A DNA stretch of 64,000 bases, taken from assembly GCA_035574235.1 (NCBI GenBank), contig DATLZA010000078.1:214-64213 (forward strand), read 5' to 3'. Shown here piece after piece: positions 35,497 through 45,416 of the stretch; the stretch's first letter is position 1, and the number at the start of each line of letters is the position of its first letter. A program made the translations under genes and the position numbers. The DNA comes from Planctomycetota bacterium. Its GTDB lineage: Bacteria; Planctomycetota; MHYJ01; JACPRB01. The notes beneath the pieces are model-generated. The model did no database searches. It was not told the origin of the DNA and saw only the letters and a program-made list of their open reading frames with translations.

Positions 35497-38400
35497 CGGT
35501 AAAACTCGATCCGCGCGTCCGCCGTAAACACCAGCCCCCCCGCCGCCGCGCCGCAGGCCGGCGGACGGTCGAAGACGAACGCGCTCTGAATATTCTGCAC
35601 CGCCCGCCCGCTCCGATCAAGGAGCGTCGCGGCGTAGCCGTACTTCCCGCCCGCATCCGACGAAAAGGTCGCCACGACCAGGTGGTCCCGCGTCCGCATC
35701 GGCGGAAGAAGCGTCGCCTCCCGCCCCCCCAGCCGGGCCGTCCAGGACGTCGAAAGATCCTCCCGCCGCAGCGCCCGCACCGAAATCTCCCGATCCTCCT
35801 CGCGCGACACCACCCACACTTCTTCCGGCCCCGGCACCAGGAGACGCACGTCCCCCGCCGCCAGCCCCTCCCGGAGCTTCAGGAGCTTTCCCGTCCGGGG
35901 ATCGACCAGCGCCACGAACGAGCCGCCTTCCCGCGAAGGCCCCGCCAGGACCAGAATCCCCTCCCCCGCCTCCACCGCCTGCGCGGGCAGATCCGTCGCC
36001 AGATTCACCTTCCACCGGAGCCGCGCGGAGGGCACGTCGTACCCCTCGAGCGCCCGCCGCTCCGCGTGCAGGACGAACAGCCCCTCCGAGGCGTACAGGA
36101 CATCGGCCGCCAGGCGCGGCACCACGGGCGCCCCGACCGCCCACCGGCGCCCGGTCTCCGCCTCGAACACGTGAATCCCCGCGGGCGACACGGCCGTAAA
36201 GGCCACCGCCTCTCCCGCCGGCCAGACGGCCGACGCCGGAAGCCCGTTGAAGCTCTGCGTCCAGGCCGGACTCCCCCGCTCCAGATCCAGCGCCCCCACC
36301 CGCGAAATCGAGCCGTCCTCGGGATCCGTCGTATGGAAGAAAAGCAGCGTCCCCCCTAGGCCGAACCCCCGCATCCGCGCCGGCGCCCGATAGGTCCATT
36401 CCACCGCTCCCGTCGCGGCCGCCACCCGCGTGACCGAGGTCTCCGTGGCCAGAATCAGCGACTCGTCCACGAAAGCCGCCATCCGGAGCCCTTCGTCGAG
36501 CGCCGCCTGCCAGACCGGACCGCCCCGGTCCGGATCGAACGCCTTGATCCCGAGGCCGTAGTTGGCGAAGACCAGACCCGCCGCCGTCGCCGGCGGAGAC
36601 CCGAGCGCCCTCAGAGGCTCCGCTTCCCGCCCGCCTTCGTCCGCGTGCGCGAAGACCTTCCGAAGCGGCGGCGCCAGCGCGGGAAGGGCGCCCCGGCCTT
36701 CCGCCCGCGCGTACCCCGGCGCCCGGCGGCGTCGCTCCACGAACTCCGCGACCGTCAAGGTCGTTCCCCCGTCGGACACCCGCGCCTCCGGGAACTCCCG
36801 CGCCATGCGTCGCAGAATCCCCGCCGCCGCGGCGAACCGGCCGCGCCCCTCGAAGGCGCGCACCAGACGCGCGCACGCCTCCGGCGCAAGCGCCGAAGAC
36901 GGATACTCCCGCAGGAACCGCCGCAGCGCCGCGATCTCCTCTTCCGGCCGCCCCAGCCGCGCCTGCGCCTCCGCGGCCGTCAGGAGCGCCTCCTCGGCCG
37001 CCCGGCTGTTGGGATAACGCCGGAAGACCCGGTCGAACGCCTCCGCCGTCCCCTCCTTCCGCGCCGCCTCCAGCAGTTTCCGCGCCGCCTCCTCGCACGG
37101 CGCGTAGATCTCCCGCCCCGCCGCGGCCAGCAGATTCTCCACCGCCCCGCGCACCGCCTCGAAAACCGGCGTGCCGTCCATCACGGTCTCCCCGTGGCGC
37201 GCCAGGAGATCCTGATACTCCTCCAGCGCCCGCTCGGGCCGCCCCGCCGCCTTCCACGCGCCCGCCAGGAGGATCCCCGCCTGGGCTTCCGAAGCCGGAT
37301 CGGGCGCCGCGGCTCGCGCCCGCCGGAAATGCTCCGCCGCCCGCTCGGCCCGCCCCGGCGTCCCCAGATCCCCCAGCCCCGCCTGCAGCGACACGGCGAA
37401 CAGCCTCCGCCGCGCGGCCCGCCCCAGACGCTCTTCCTCCGGCCCCGCCGGACGGGCCGTCCGCTCCACCGCGCGCTCCAGAAGCTCGATCGCCTCCGAC
37501 GCCCGCCCCGCCTGGAGGAACCGGATCGCCCCCCGGTAAAGAACCGCGGGATCCTGCGCATCGCCCTCCGTCGCCTCCCGGAGAAGCCGCTCGTGATCCC
37601 GCGGATCGTGATACACCCGAAGGACATCCTGCCCCGCCAGGATCACCGTCCCGTCGGCCAGGATCAGGTTCCCGCCCGAGAAGTCCTCGCCGGCCCCGAC
37701 CGGCCAGACGAAAGACCGCTCCTCGTCGCAGGAGCCGTCCCACCGGACCCGGCGGAGCTTGTCCTCCGCGGGAACCCAGATGGCGTTCTCCGCCAGAATC
37801 CCCCGGCCCGTGCCCCGGAGATCCTCGCCCGCCACGGGCGGCGCCACGGGCTCCCCCGTTCGCACGTCCAGAAGCTCCAGACCCCGGCCGCCCACGACGA
37901 GAACGCCTTCGCGGGCCCCCCAGATCGACCGGAGCTCCCGATCCCGCGGCCGCTCCCACCGCAGCTCCCCCGTGCGCGCGTCCAGCGCGTAGAGGTACGG
38001 CGAGTCCGTCGGCGCCGCCGCCACGATCCCGCGGTGAGCCACCGGCGGGCCGTTCACCCAGCCGAGTTCGTTCTTGCGCACATAGACGCTCCGCGTGGGC
38101 CGCACCGGAAGCTGCCGGTACCGGTAGGCCCAGCGGAGACTCCCGTCCGCCTTGTCGAGCGCCGCCAGGACGCCGTGGTTGGTGGAGTAGAAAACGGAAT
38201 CCTCCGTGACGCACACGGGGGAGCCCAGCGACTCGCGCGTCGAATTGCCGAAAAGGTTGATCTCCGTCCCCCCCGAGGCGATGAACGTGGACCACACGAT
38301 CCGGCCCGTGGCGGCGTCCAGACACAGAACGTAGTGCTCGAAGGGATCCGTCGAATGCACCTGCCGGATCGCCCCCACGTAGAGCCGGTCCCCGTCCGGC

Positions 38401-39674
38401 ACGGGAGGGACGGAAAACGTGGCGATCTCCTCGAGCGCCTCGCCCCGGGGCTTGCCCCCGAGCCTCCAGACCGGACGGCCCGTCGCGGCGTCCAGCGCGA
38501 AGAGCGCCCGGCGCGGGAACGGGAACTTCACCGTCACGTAGCCGAGCTGCACCTCCGCCCCGCCCGCCCACGTCACGAGGTTGGCGAAAACCCGCCCGTC
38601 GTGGACCGTGGCGGCGTAGATCACGCGGTTGTCGAACATGACTTCGCCGCCGGGAGGCGGAACCCGATACTGCCAGAGAATTTCCGGCCGGCGCGCGAAG
38701 AGGTTGTACGCGACGACGGCGGATCCGTTGTGGAGGAAAAGCACGCCGTCGGAGACGGCCGGGAAGAACGGCCGGAAGTCGGGGGTGAGGGCGAGTCCGG
38801 CCCCGCGGTGGAACTCCTCCGCCTGAACGCGGGGCAGGGACAGGGGCTCGGCCCAGGCCGGGCGGGGCAGGTCGGTCAGAGGCTCCGCCAGGCGCGTCCC
38901 GGACGGAGCGCCGCCGAGCATTTCCCATCCCGCTGGCTCCCGGGCGGTTCCGCGGGGGCCGGGCCGTTCGGAAGCCTGCGCGGCCAGTCCCGCCAGGAAC
39001 TCCGCCAGCCGCACGGGACGGCCGCCCACGCGAACTTCGGCCCCCGGAGCCTCGCGGGCGACGCGCCCGGCCAGCTCTTCGAGAGCCGCCCGGTTCCCCG
39101 CCTGCGCCCAGGCCAGCCCCAGGCGCGCCCACGCCGGGGCGGCGGCCGCCTCCCCGGACGGCAGCCGCGCCAGGAGCGCCGCGGCGCGCTCGGCCCGCCC
39201 GGCGTCGAAGTGCAGGTTCGCCGCCAGCACGAGCGCCGGGCCGGCGAAGGAGCTGAAGGGATACCGCGCGGCCAGACGCTCCAGCGCCTCGACGTCGCCG
39301 GACCGCTTGGCGACCTCGAAGAGATGCTCGGCCGCGGGGTCGGCCCGTTTGCGATAGGCGGCCCGGCCCTCCTCGGGCCATTCGGCGATGCGGGCGCGGA
39401 CGTACTCTCGGACCCCCCAGGCGCGCGCGCGGTCGAGCGGGACGACGGCGCCGGCGCCCTTTTCGGCGGCGTCCTCGTAGATCGCCAGGGCCTCCGCGTA
39501 GCGGCCCGCGGCGGCCAGCGCCGAGGCGCGCGAGACGAGCTGTTCGAGTTCCGGGTACGCGCGCAGGTGGGCCGTATTCTCCTGAAGCTCCTCCTGAGCC
39601 GCGCCGAACGCCGCCAGCGCGGCGGCCACCGCCGCTCCCAGGAGCGGTTTCCGACCCGTGCGCGTACCGTTCAT
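35493..39674 (-). CDS. 1393-aa secreted TPR plus dual PQQ-like beta-propeller repeat protein (BatC/BatE-like position in the operon)
   Basis: Real start MNGTRTGRKPLLGAAVAAALAAFGAAQE at 39674; the track ORF 35493..42077 fuses it with the upstream gene. TPR-like helical N-region. First propeller with PQQ/BamB-type W repeats (RPVWRLGG, GRIVWSTF, GSLRWAYRY, GELRWERP). Central TPR block. Second propeller (GPVWQAAL, GAVEWTYRA, SPAWTQSF, RLRWKVNL). Confidence 0.75.
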   Translation of the reverse strand: MNGTRTGRKPLLGAAVAAALAAFGAAQEELQENTAHLRAYPELEQLVSRASALAAAGRYAEALAIYEDAAEKGAGAVVPLDRARAWGVREYVRARIAEWPEEGRAAYRKRADPAAEHLFEVAKRSGDVEALERLAARYPFSSFAGPALVLAANLHFDAGRAERAAALLARLPSGEAAAAPAWARLGLAWAQAGNRAALEELAGRVAREAPGAEVRVGGRPVRLAEFLAGLAAQASERPGPRGTAREPAGWEMLGGAPSGTRLAEPLTDLPRPAWAEPLSLPRVQAEEFHRGAGLALTPDFRPFFPAVSDGVLFLHNGSAVVAYNLFARRPEILWQYRVPPPGGEVMFDNRVIYAATVHDGRVFANLVTWAGGAEVQLGYVTVKFPFPRRALFALDAATGRPVWRLGGKPRGEALEEIATFSVPPVPDGDRLYVGAIRQVHSTDPFEHYVLCLDAATGRIVWSTFIASGGTEINLFGNSTRESLGSPVCVTEDSVFYSTNHGVLAALDKADGSLRWAYRYRQLPVRPTRSVYVRKNELGWVNGPPVAHRGIVAAAPTDSPYLYALDARTGELRWERPRDRELRSIWGAREGVLVVGGRGLELLDVRTGEPVAPPVAGEDLRGTGRGILAENAIWVPAEDKLRRVRWDGSCDEERSFVWPVGAGEDFSGGNLILADGTVILAGQDVLRVYHDPRDHERLLREATEGDAQDPAVLYRGAIRFLQAGRASEAIELLERAVERTARPAGPEEERLGRAARRRLFAVSLQAGLGDLGTPGRAERAAEHFRRARAAAPDPASEAQAGILLAGAWKAAGRPERALEEYQDLLARHGETVMDGTPVFEAVRGAVENLLAAAGREIYAPCEEAARKLLEAARKEGTAEAFDRVFRRYPNSRAAEEALLTAAEAQARLGRPEEEIAALRRFLREYPSSALAPEACARLVRAFEGRGRFAAAAGILRRMAREFPEARVSDGGTTLTVAEFVERRRRAPGYARAEGRGALPALAPPLRKVFAHADEGGREAEPLRALGSPPATAAGLVFANYGLGIKAFDPDRGGPVWQAALDEGLRMAAFVDESLILATETSVTRVAAATGAVEWTYRAPARMRGFGLGGTLLFFHTTDPEDGSISRVGALDLERGSPAWTQSFNGLPASAVWPAGEAVAFTAVSPAGIHVFEAETGRRWAVGAPVVPRLAADVLYASEGLFVLHAERRALEGYDVPSARLRWKVNLATDLPAQAVEAGEGILVLAGPSREGGSFVALVDPRTGKLLKLREGLAAGDVRLLVPGPEEVWVVSREEDREISVRALRREDLSTSWTARLGGREATLLPPMRTRDHLVVATFSSDAGGKYGYAATLLDRSGRAVQNIQSAFVFDRPPACGAAAGGLVFTADARIEFYR

Positions 39675-42205
39675 CAGAGCATTCGGAACATCTTCCGCAG
39701 GATCCACTCGGTCGTGATGAGCAGCGCGAACAGGAGATACGCCAGGGGCGAATCCCAGAGGTCGTCCTCCTTCGTCTCGCGCAGCTGCTGCTCGCTGCGG
39801 CGGATCGTCTCGTTGAGCTCCCCCACCTGATCGATCGGGAAGTACCGCCCTCCGTAGGATTCGGCCGCCAGCGCCCGGAGGGTCCCCACGTCGAGCGTCG
39901 GATCGTCGTCCTCCCGGTCCGGGATGTAGACCGTGAAGCGCGCCGAAGCGCGGGAGCGCTCGTCGTCGCCGCCGGCCCAGACCGTGTAGGCCCCGATGTC
40001 GCCCGCCGGGAACCGGCCCTCGTAGTAGCCGTCGCGGGTCTTGTCCTTGTGCAGGGTGACCGGGACGCGCTCGGTCCGCGTGGGGTGGTCCACGAAGACC
40101 TCGATCGTGGGATCCTGGCGCGGCTCGAACTTCTCGTCGTAGGCGTAGGCGTAGATCTGGACGGTTTCGCCGCGGACGTAGCGGTCCTTGTCCACGCTCA
40201 CGCGGTAGCGGCGGGCGCCGAGGAGCTTCCCTTCGCGGACCCAGTACATGACCTGCTGCCAGAAGGGGTAAAACCAAGGATAGTCCCCCGCCAGGCGCCG
40301 CCAGAGCCAGGTCTCGTCCGTGGCGCTCCAGAAGACGCGCCCGAGCCCCGCCCGCTGGGTGACGAAGAGGGGCGGACGCGAGGTCTCGCCGGGAACTCCG
40401 GCCAGCTCGACGAGCGGAGCGGCGCCGACCTTGAGCTTGCGCACCCTCTGGTACCAGCGCACGCCGGGCAGGCCGTCGCCGCGGCCGTCCCGATCCTCCC
40501 AGTGCTCCTGGTTGCGGTCGAGGTCCCCCTTGAACTCCTTGAAGAGCGTGACCGGATGCCGCCGCCCCTCGGGCGTCAGGACGTACGAGAGGGGCTGATC
40601 GTAGACCTTCTCGTGCTCGTAAAGGTCGCGGGACTCCTCGGGAATCACGGGCAGGAGGTTGGCCAGCGGGGTCCCCAGGAGCGCGCGCGGGTTGGCGGTG
40701 GTGCCCGAGATGAAGATGATCCCGCCGCCGAACTCGGTGACGAACGCCTCCAGGTGCTTGGCCGCGTCCGGCCCCAGCCGCGACGGATCCACGTCCCCGA
40801 AAATCACGACGTCGAACTCGAGAAGCGTCTTGAGATCCTTGGGGAACTCCTGCAGCGGCTGGCGGAAGAGGGGGTCGTCGGAAATCGTATGATCCTGGGC
40901 GAACCCCGGGTCGGCCGACGTCTGGAACGTCTGCGCCAGGATCTTCGGATCGCGGATGAGCGCGTTGCGGAGGAACCGGAACTCGTAGCGGGGGAGGTGA
41001 TCGACGAAAAGGACCTTGATCTTGTCGTCGGCCACCCGCAGGCGGTGCACGAGGTAGTTGTTGTGGGCGGTGTTCTCGTCCGGCCGGGGCGCCAGGCGAA
41101 GCAGGAGGAGGTACTCGCCGGGTTCGCGGGGGCTGTAGACGAGGGTGACGGGCTGCTTCTGTCCGTGCCCCGAGAGCGTCACCGGGTGATCCAGCTCCTT
41201 GCGCGCCTCTCCCAGGAGGCGCTCCAGCGCCTGAGGATCGGGCGCCGGCTCGGGCTCCTTGTCTTTGATCGGCAGGACCCAGAGGCCGATCTCCGCGGGC
41301 TCGTTTTCGTAGCCGAAGCTCGTCACCTTGAGGTTGATGCGCAGCTGGTCGTTGGCCAGGACGGCGTCGCGCGCTTCCAGTTCCACGAGCGCCGCGTCCC
41401 GCGAGGCGTGGGGAACGCCCGCCGCCACGGTGTACAGCGGCAGGTACCGCTGCCGGAGCTGGGCGGCGATCTCCTGGGTGGCCATCCCGGCGTTGTTGCG
41501 GCCGTCGGAGAAAAGGACGACGCCGGCGATGTACTGCCCCTTGAGGGAGTTGAGGGCCCCCTTGATCGCGTCGCCGATGGCGGTCTCGGTGCCGATGCAG
41601 GCCTCGCGGGTGTAGCCTTCGAGGAGCTTGGCCCGCGACTCCTTGGCCGCCGCGGCGCTCGAGAAGGTGAAGTAAGCCACGTTCAGCTTCTTCTCCAGCT
41701 CGTCCAGGATCCGCAGCTCCGGATTCTCGAGCACCTTGCGGACGATGTCCGCGCGGCTGAGGCGGGCGAGCTCCGGCGGCGAAGAGACGCCCGTGACGCG
41801 GCGGATCGCTTCGCGCTCGGCGTCGGTCCGGAGCGGATCCGCCTTCTGCATGGAGCGCGATTCGTCCAGGAGGACCACGAGGAACGCGCGGCGCTCCTTG
41901 ATCGTCTCGACGGTGAGCACCGGCCCCATGAGCAGCGCGAGGATGAGAAGCAGGATCGCTCCGCGCAGCCCGGCCAGAACGAGCTTGGGCGCCGCGCCCA
42001 CGTCCGGCCGCTCCCGCCGGTAGAAGGCCCACGCCAGAAGGAACACGCCCGGGACGATCACGAGGAAGAAGAGCCACGCGGGCGGGGCGTTCTGCAGAGC
42101 CACGCCCACCTCGCCCGAGGACAGATCCACCCGGTCGATCCCCAGGAGGCGCGACCAGAAGTCGCTCCCCGCGGAGGCGTCCTGCGGCGGCCGGAAGGGG
42201 ATCAT
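39674..42205 (-). CDS. membrane-anchored von Willebrand factor A (VWA) domain protein, BatB-like
   Basis: 843 aa starting MIPFRPPQDASAGSDFW. Two N-terminal TM helices, then VWA MIDAS (LVVLLDESRSM ... GVVLFSDGRNN). Stop shares a base with the downstream start and the start overlaps the upstream gene by 4 nt. Confidence 0.7.
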   Translation of the reverse strand: MIPFRPPQDASAGSDFWSRLLGIDRVDLSSGEVGVALQNAPPAWLFFLVIVPGVFLLAWAFYRRERPDVGAAPKLVLAGLRGAILLLILALLMGPVLTVETIKERRAFLVVLLDESRSMQKADPLRTDAEREAIRRVTGVSSPPELARLSRADIVRKVLENPELRILDELEKKLNVAYFTFSSAAAAKESRAKLLEGYTREACIGTETAIGDAIKGALNSLKGQYIAGVVLFSDGRNNAGMATQEIAAQLRQRYLPLYTVAAGVPHASRDAALVELEARDAVLANDQLRINLKVTSFGYENEPAEIGLWVLPIKDKEPEPAPDPQALERLLGEARKELDHPVTLSGHGQKQPVTLVYSPREPGEYLLLLRLAPRPDENTAHNNYLVHRLRVADDKIKVLFVDHLPRYEFRFLRNALIRDPKILAQTFQTSADPGFAQDHTISDDPLFRQPLQEFPKDLKTLLEFDVVIFGDVDPSRLGPDAAKHLEAFVTEFGGGIIFISGTTANPRALLGTPLANLLPVIPEESRDLYEHEKVYDQPLSYVLTPEGRRHPVTLFKEFKGDLDRNQEHWEDRDGRGDGLPGVRWYQRVRKLKVGAAPLVELAGVPGETSRPPLFVTQRAGLGRVFWSATDETWLWRRLAGDYPWFYPFWQQVMYWVREGKLLGARRYRVSVDKDRYVRGETVQIYAYAYDEKFEPRQDPTIEVFVDHPTRTERVPVTLHKDKTRDGYYEGRFPAGDIGAYTVWAGGDDERSRASARFTVYIPDREDDDPTLDVGTLRALAAESYGGRYFPIDQVGELNETIRRSEQQLRETKEDDLWDSPLAYLLFALLITTEWILRKMFRML

Positions 42206-44475
42206 TGCTTGCCCCTCCCGAAAAGCCACGCCAGCGTCGATTCGAGCAGAAGGAAGCCCAGAACGAAGTAGAGCAGATGTTTCCAGAGCCCCGACGCGGG
42301 CGGCGGGGCCACGTCGATCTCCTGTTCCCCTTCCTTCTTTTCGCCGCGGAATTCCACCTTGAAGTCGGGGAACCGCCGCTGCAGCTCCTCGCGCGAAATG
42401 CGCTCGAGGTTGCCCTCGGCCGCGTGGATCTCCTCGGGGGTCGGATTCCGCGGCGGAACGTTCACGGCGAAGTAGGCCAGGAGCCGTTCCTCTTCCTTGG
42501 GGGCCTGCCGGGTGAGCCGGTATCGCCCGGCGTGACGCACCCCCTCGTTGCGCAGGACGCGCGGGTCCTCCGTCCGGGCCCGCACCGGATAAAAGAGCCG
42601 GACGAATTTCTGGTCGCGCTCCGGGGCGCCCGCCGGAAGCGTCATCAGTCCCTCGTGGGGCGTATCCAGAATGAACGGCGGCTGGTAGAGCTCCACGGGC
42701 AGGTCGAACTGGAGAAGGTCGCCCACGAAGAGATTCCGGCGCGAGCCGGGGCGGGACGCCAGATACTGGCACACGTCCCAGACGAGGGGGAGGTAGGGCG
42801 GGTGCCCGGGGATGCCGAAGTTCCACTCGTCGTCGATCGACGAGGTGAAAAGCAGGACCTTCCCCTCCCCGAAAGGCTTCTCCAGAAGAAGGGGAGAACC
42901 GAAATTGTCGTCGAACGCGGCCAGAACGCGGTCGGCGTCGAAGTCGCGCACCTTGTAGCAGCGGTAGAAGACCAGTTCGTAGAGCGCGGCCCGGGCGCGC
43001 TTCTGGAAGGTGCGGAAGGCCGGGTGGGCGTCGGCGAAGCGGGCGATGCGCCGCTCCGTGCCGCGTTCCAGGCCCGGGCCGGGCAGCTCCCCGATCACCT
43101 CGTCGAGCGCCGCCGGCGAGAGCCCCCGCCCGCCGTTCCAGAACGCCTCGTTGAAGGACACCTTGTCCACGCGGTCGCCCAGGGTGATCAGAAGCCCGCC
43201 GCCGCGCTCGACGTACTTCTCCAGCCGCTCGACCTTCTCGGACGTGAGGCTCTGGACGTTGGCCAGGACGACGAAATCGTACGCGTCCAGCCCCTCGGCG
43301 TTGAAAAGCTCCGCCGTCTTGACGTCCGCGGAGAAAAAGAGTCCCTGGCCGGTGGGGTCGAGCGCCAGGACAAGCGTATAGGTCTCGCTCTGGCGGGGCG
43401 AGTCGCCGGGCTCGCCGTCCACGACGAGGCCCCGAAGCGCGCTCTTGACGTCCACAGCGAGATAGCGGTGGTCGTCCACGTCCAGGAAGTCCGGGTCCAG
43501 CGAGACGCGCACGAGATGCGACCCGGGCTCGACGAAGCCGTCGTATTCGAAGGTCACCGGGACCGTGGCCTGGGCCGGCAGCGAGATCGACTGGGTCTTC
43601 ACGAACCGGTCGTCCACGTAGAGGGTGGCCTTGACGTCGGGCTGGGGGGTGGAGGAGAAGTTGTGGATCTCCGCCGTGAAGCGCGCGCCGCGGCGCAGCG
43701 TCAGGACCCGCTCCGAGGCGCGCAGGTCGACGACCGCCCGGTTGAAGGCGTCCGGCGTCCCGGCGTCGTAGAGGAAGAACCGCGTGTACTCGCGGCGGGA
43801 GAGCTCCTTGAGAAGGCCGGCGAAGCGGCGGGCCTCCTCCTCCTCGCGGAACTCCCAGCCGTTGCGCTGAAGGTCGGTGAACAGATAGACGCGCCGGTCG
43901 CGGTTGCGGACCTCGGGGGAATCGAGGAGCTGTTTGAGCGCCTGGAGGGTGGCGTGGACGCCGCTGGCGTAGTCGGACGGACGAAGCTCGTTGAGCGCGG
44001 CCTGGAGGCGCTCCTTCCGGTTGGCGCCGACGAGGACCGGCTCCGGATAGGCGTTCATGGGCAGGAGCGTGAACCGGTCCTGCTCGCTCGGGCGGATGTC
44101 CTCGAGCACCTTGAGGGCGGCCCGGCGGGCCACGTCGAGGGACGTGTTCTGCGCGCGCTTGTAGGCCATGCTGTAGGACGTATCGACGACGAAGAAGTGG
44201 TGGATGTCGGTGTCGGCCAGGGCCTCGACGGGGGCTTCGCGGAAGAAGGGCCGGGCCACGGCGAGCGCGAGGAGCACCATCACGAGGATGCGGACCAGAA
44301 GCAGCAGGAGGTTTTCCAGGCGCAGCCGGCGCTGATTCTTGCGCAGGGCCGCCAGGAGGAACTCCATGGCCGCCCACCGCACGCGGCGGAACTTCTGGCG
44401 ATGCAGGAGATGAATGAGGATCGGGATCGCGCCTCCCAGCGCGAACCAGAGCAGTCCCGGGTTGAAGAATCCCAT
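42202..44475 (-). CDS. BatA-like VWA protein with N-terminal double-transmembrane domain (TIGR02226-type)
   Basis: MGFFNPGLLWFALGGAIPILIHLLHRQKFRRVRWAAMEFL... is the characteristic BatA N-terminus, followed by VWA MIDAS HHFFVVDTSYSMAYK. 757 aa. Confidence 0.8.
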   Translation of the reverse strand: MGFFNPGLLWFALGGAIPILIHLLHRQKFRRVRWAAMEFLLAALRKNQRRLRLENLLLLLVRILVMVLLALAVARPFFREAPVEALADTDIHHFFVVDTSYSMAYKRAQNTSLDVARRAALKVLEDIRPSEQDRFTLLPMNAYPEPVLVGANRKERLQAALNELRPSDYASGVHATLQALKQLLDSPEVRNRDRRVYLFTDLQRNGWEFREEEEARRFAGLLKELSRREYTRFFLYDAGTPDAFNRAVVDLRASERVLTLRRGARFTAEIHNFSSTPQPDVKATLYVDDRFVKTQSISLPAQATVPVTFEYDGFVEPGSHLVRVSLDPDFLDVDDHRYLAVDVKSALRGLVVDGEPGDSPRQSETYTLVLALDPTGQGLFFSADVKTAELFNAEGLDAYDFVVLANVQSLTSEKVERLEKYVERGGGLLITLGDRVDKVSFNEAFWNGGRGLSPAALDEVIGELPGPGLERGTERRIARFADAHPAFRTFQKRARAALYELVFYRCYKVRDFDADRVLAAFDDNFGSPLLLEKPFGEGKVLLFTSSIDDEWNFGIPGHPPYLPLVWDVCQYLASRPGSRRNLFVGDLLQFDLPVELYQPPFILDTPHEGLMTLPAGAPERDQKFVRLFYPVRARTEDPRVLRNEGVRHAGRYRLTRQAPKEEERLLAYFAVNVPPRNPTPEEIHAAEGNLERISREELQRRFPDFKVEFRGEKKEGEQEIDVAPPPASGLWKHLLYFVLGFLLLESTLAWLFGRGKQ

Positions 44476-44478
44476 GGC

Positions 44479-45387
44479 TTACGGCAGGCGCCTCCGGATC
44501 GAGAGGCGGCCGGCCAGGTACTTCGTCAGTTCCACGTCCAGCTCCTGGTCCGTGGAAATCCGCACGTAGTCGATCATGAGTTTGACGCATCCGCGGCGGA
44601 TCGTCTCGCAGAAACGGTTCACCTCCTCGAGATAGGCCTTCCGGAGCGCCCGCGGGTCGACCAGAAGCTTCGGGTGCTCCTCGAGCCCCTCGAAGAGCGT
44701 CATGCGCTCGAACGGAAAGGTCAGTTCGTGCTCGTCGAGGACGTGAAAGACGATGACGTCGTGGCGCTTGTGGCTGAAGTGCTGCAGGCCCTTGAGGATG
44801 GAGTCGGGCTTGTCGAAGAGGTCGGAGATCAGGATCACCAGCCCGCGGTGGCGGAGGCGCTCGGCCATCGCGTGAAGGACCCCGCCCAGGTCGGTCCGGT
44901 CCCGCGGGGCGGCGTGGGCAAGCGTCCCGAGCAGCGAGCGCATATGGCCGAGGGAGCTCGAGGAGGGAACGAACTGGCGCACCTCCTTGTCGAAGCAGAC
45001 CATGCCCACGGAGTCCTGCTGGCGCAGGATGAGGTAGGCCATGGAGGCCGCGATGTAGCAGGCCAGCTCCAGCTTGGAGTGCTTCCCCCCGCGGTACTCC
45101 ATGGACTCCGAGGTATCCAGCAGGATGTGCGCCCGAAGGTTCGTTTCGAGCTCGTACTCCTTGACGTAGAGGCGGTCCGACCGGCCGAAGACCTTCCAGT
45201 CCAGATGCTTGAGGTCGTCCCCCGGCGCGTATTCGCGATGCTTGGCGAACTCCACGGAAAATCCGTGGTAGGGGCTCTTGTGCATGCCGGCCACGAAGCC
45301 CTCGACGATGTGCCGCGCCTTGAGGTCCAGACGCGTGATCTTGTTGAGGACCTCGGGATCGAGGAATTTCGGCGTCGGCTCCGCCAT
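44479..45387 (-). CDS. DUF58 domain protein (VWA-like partner of MoxR ATPases)
   Basis: 302 aa with the conserved DUF58 core HREYAPGDDLKHLDWKVFGRSDRLYVKEYE. Located between moxR and batA, as in canonical Bat operons. Confidence 0.85.
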   Translation of the reverse strand: MAEPTPKFLDPEVLNKITRLDLKARHIVEGFVAGMHKSPYHGFSVEFAKHREYAPGDDLKHLDWKVFGRSDRLYVKEYELETNLRAHILLDTSESMEYRGGKHSKLELACYIAASMAYLILRQQDSVGMVCFDKEVRQFVPSSSSLGHMRSLLGTLAHAAPRDRTDLGGVLHAMAERLRHRGLVILISDLFDKPDSILKGLQHFSHKRHDVIVFHVLDEHELTFPFERMTLFEGLEEHPKLLVDPRALRKAYLEEVNRFCETIRRGCVKLMIDYVRISTDQELDVELTKYLAGRLSIRRRLP

Positions 45388-45416
45388 GATTCACCCCGGG
45401 GCGGGGAGGCCGCCCG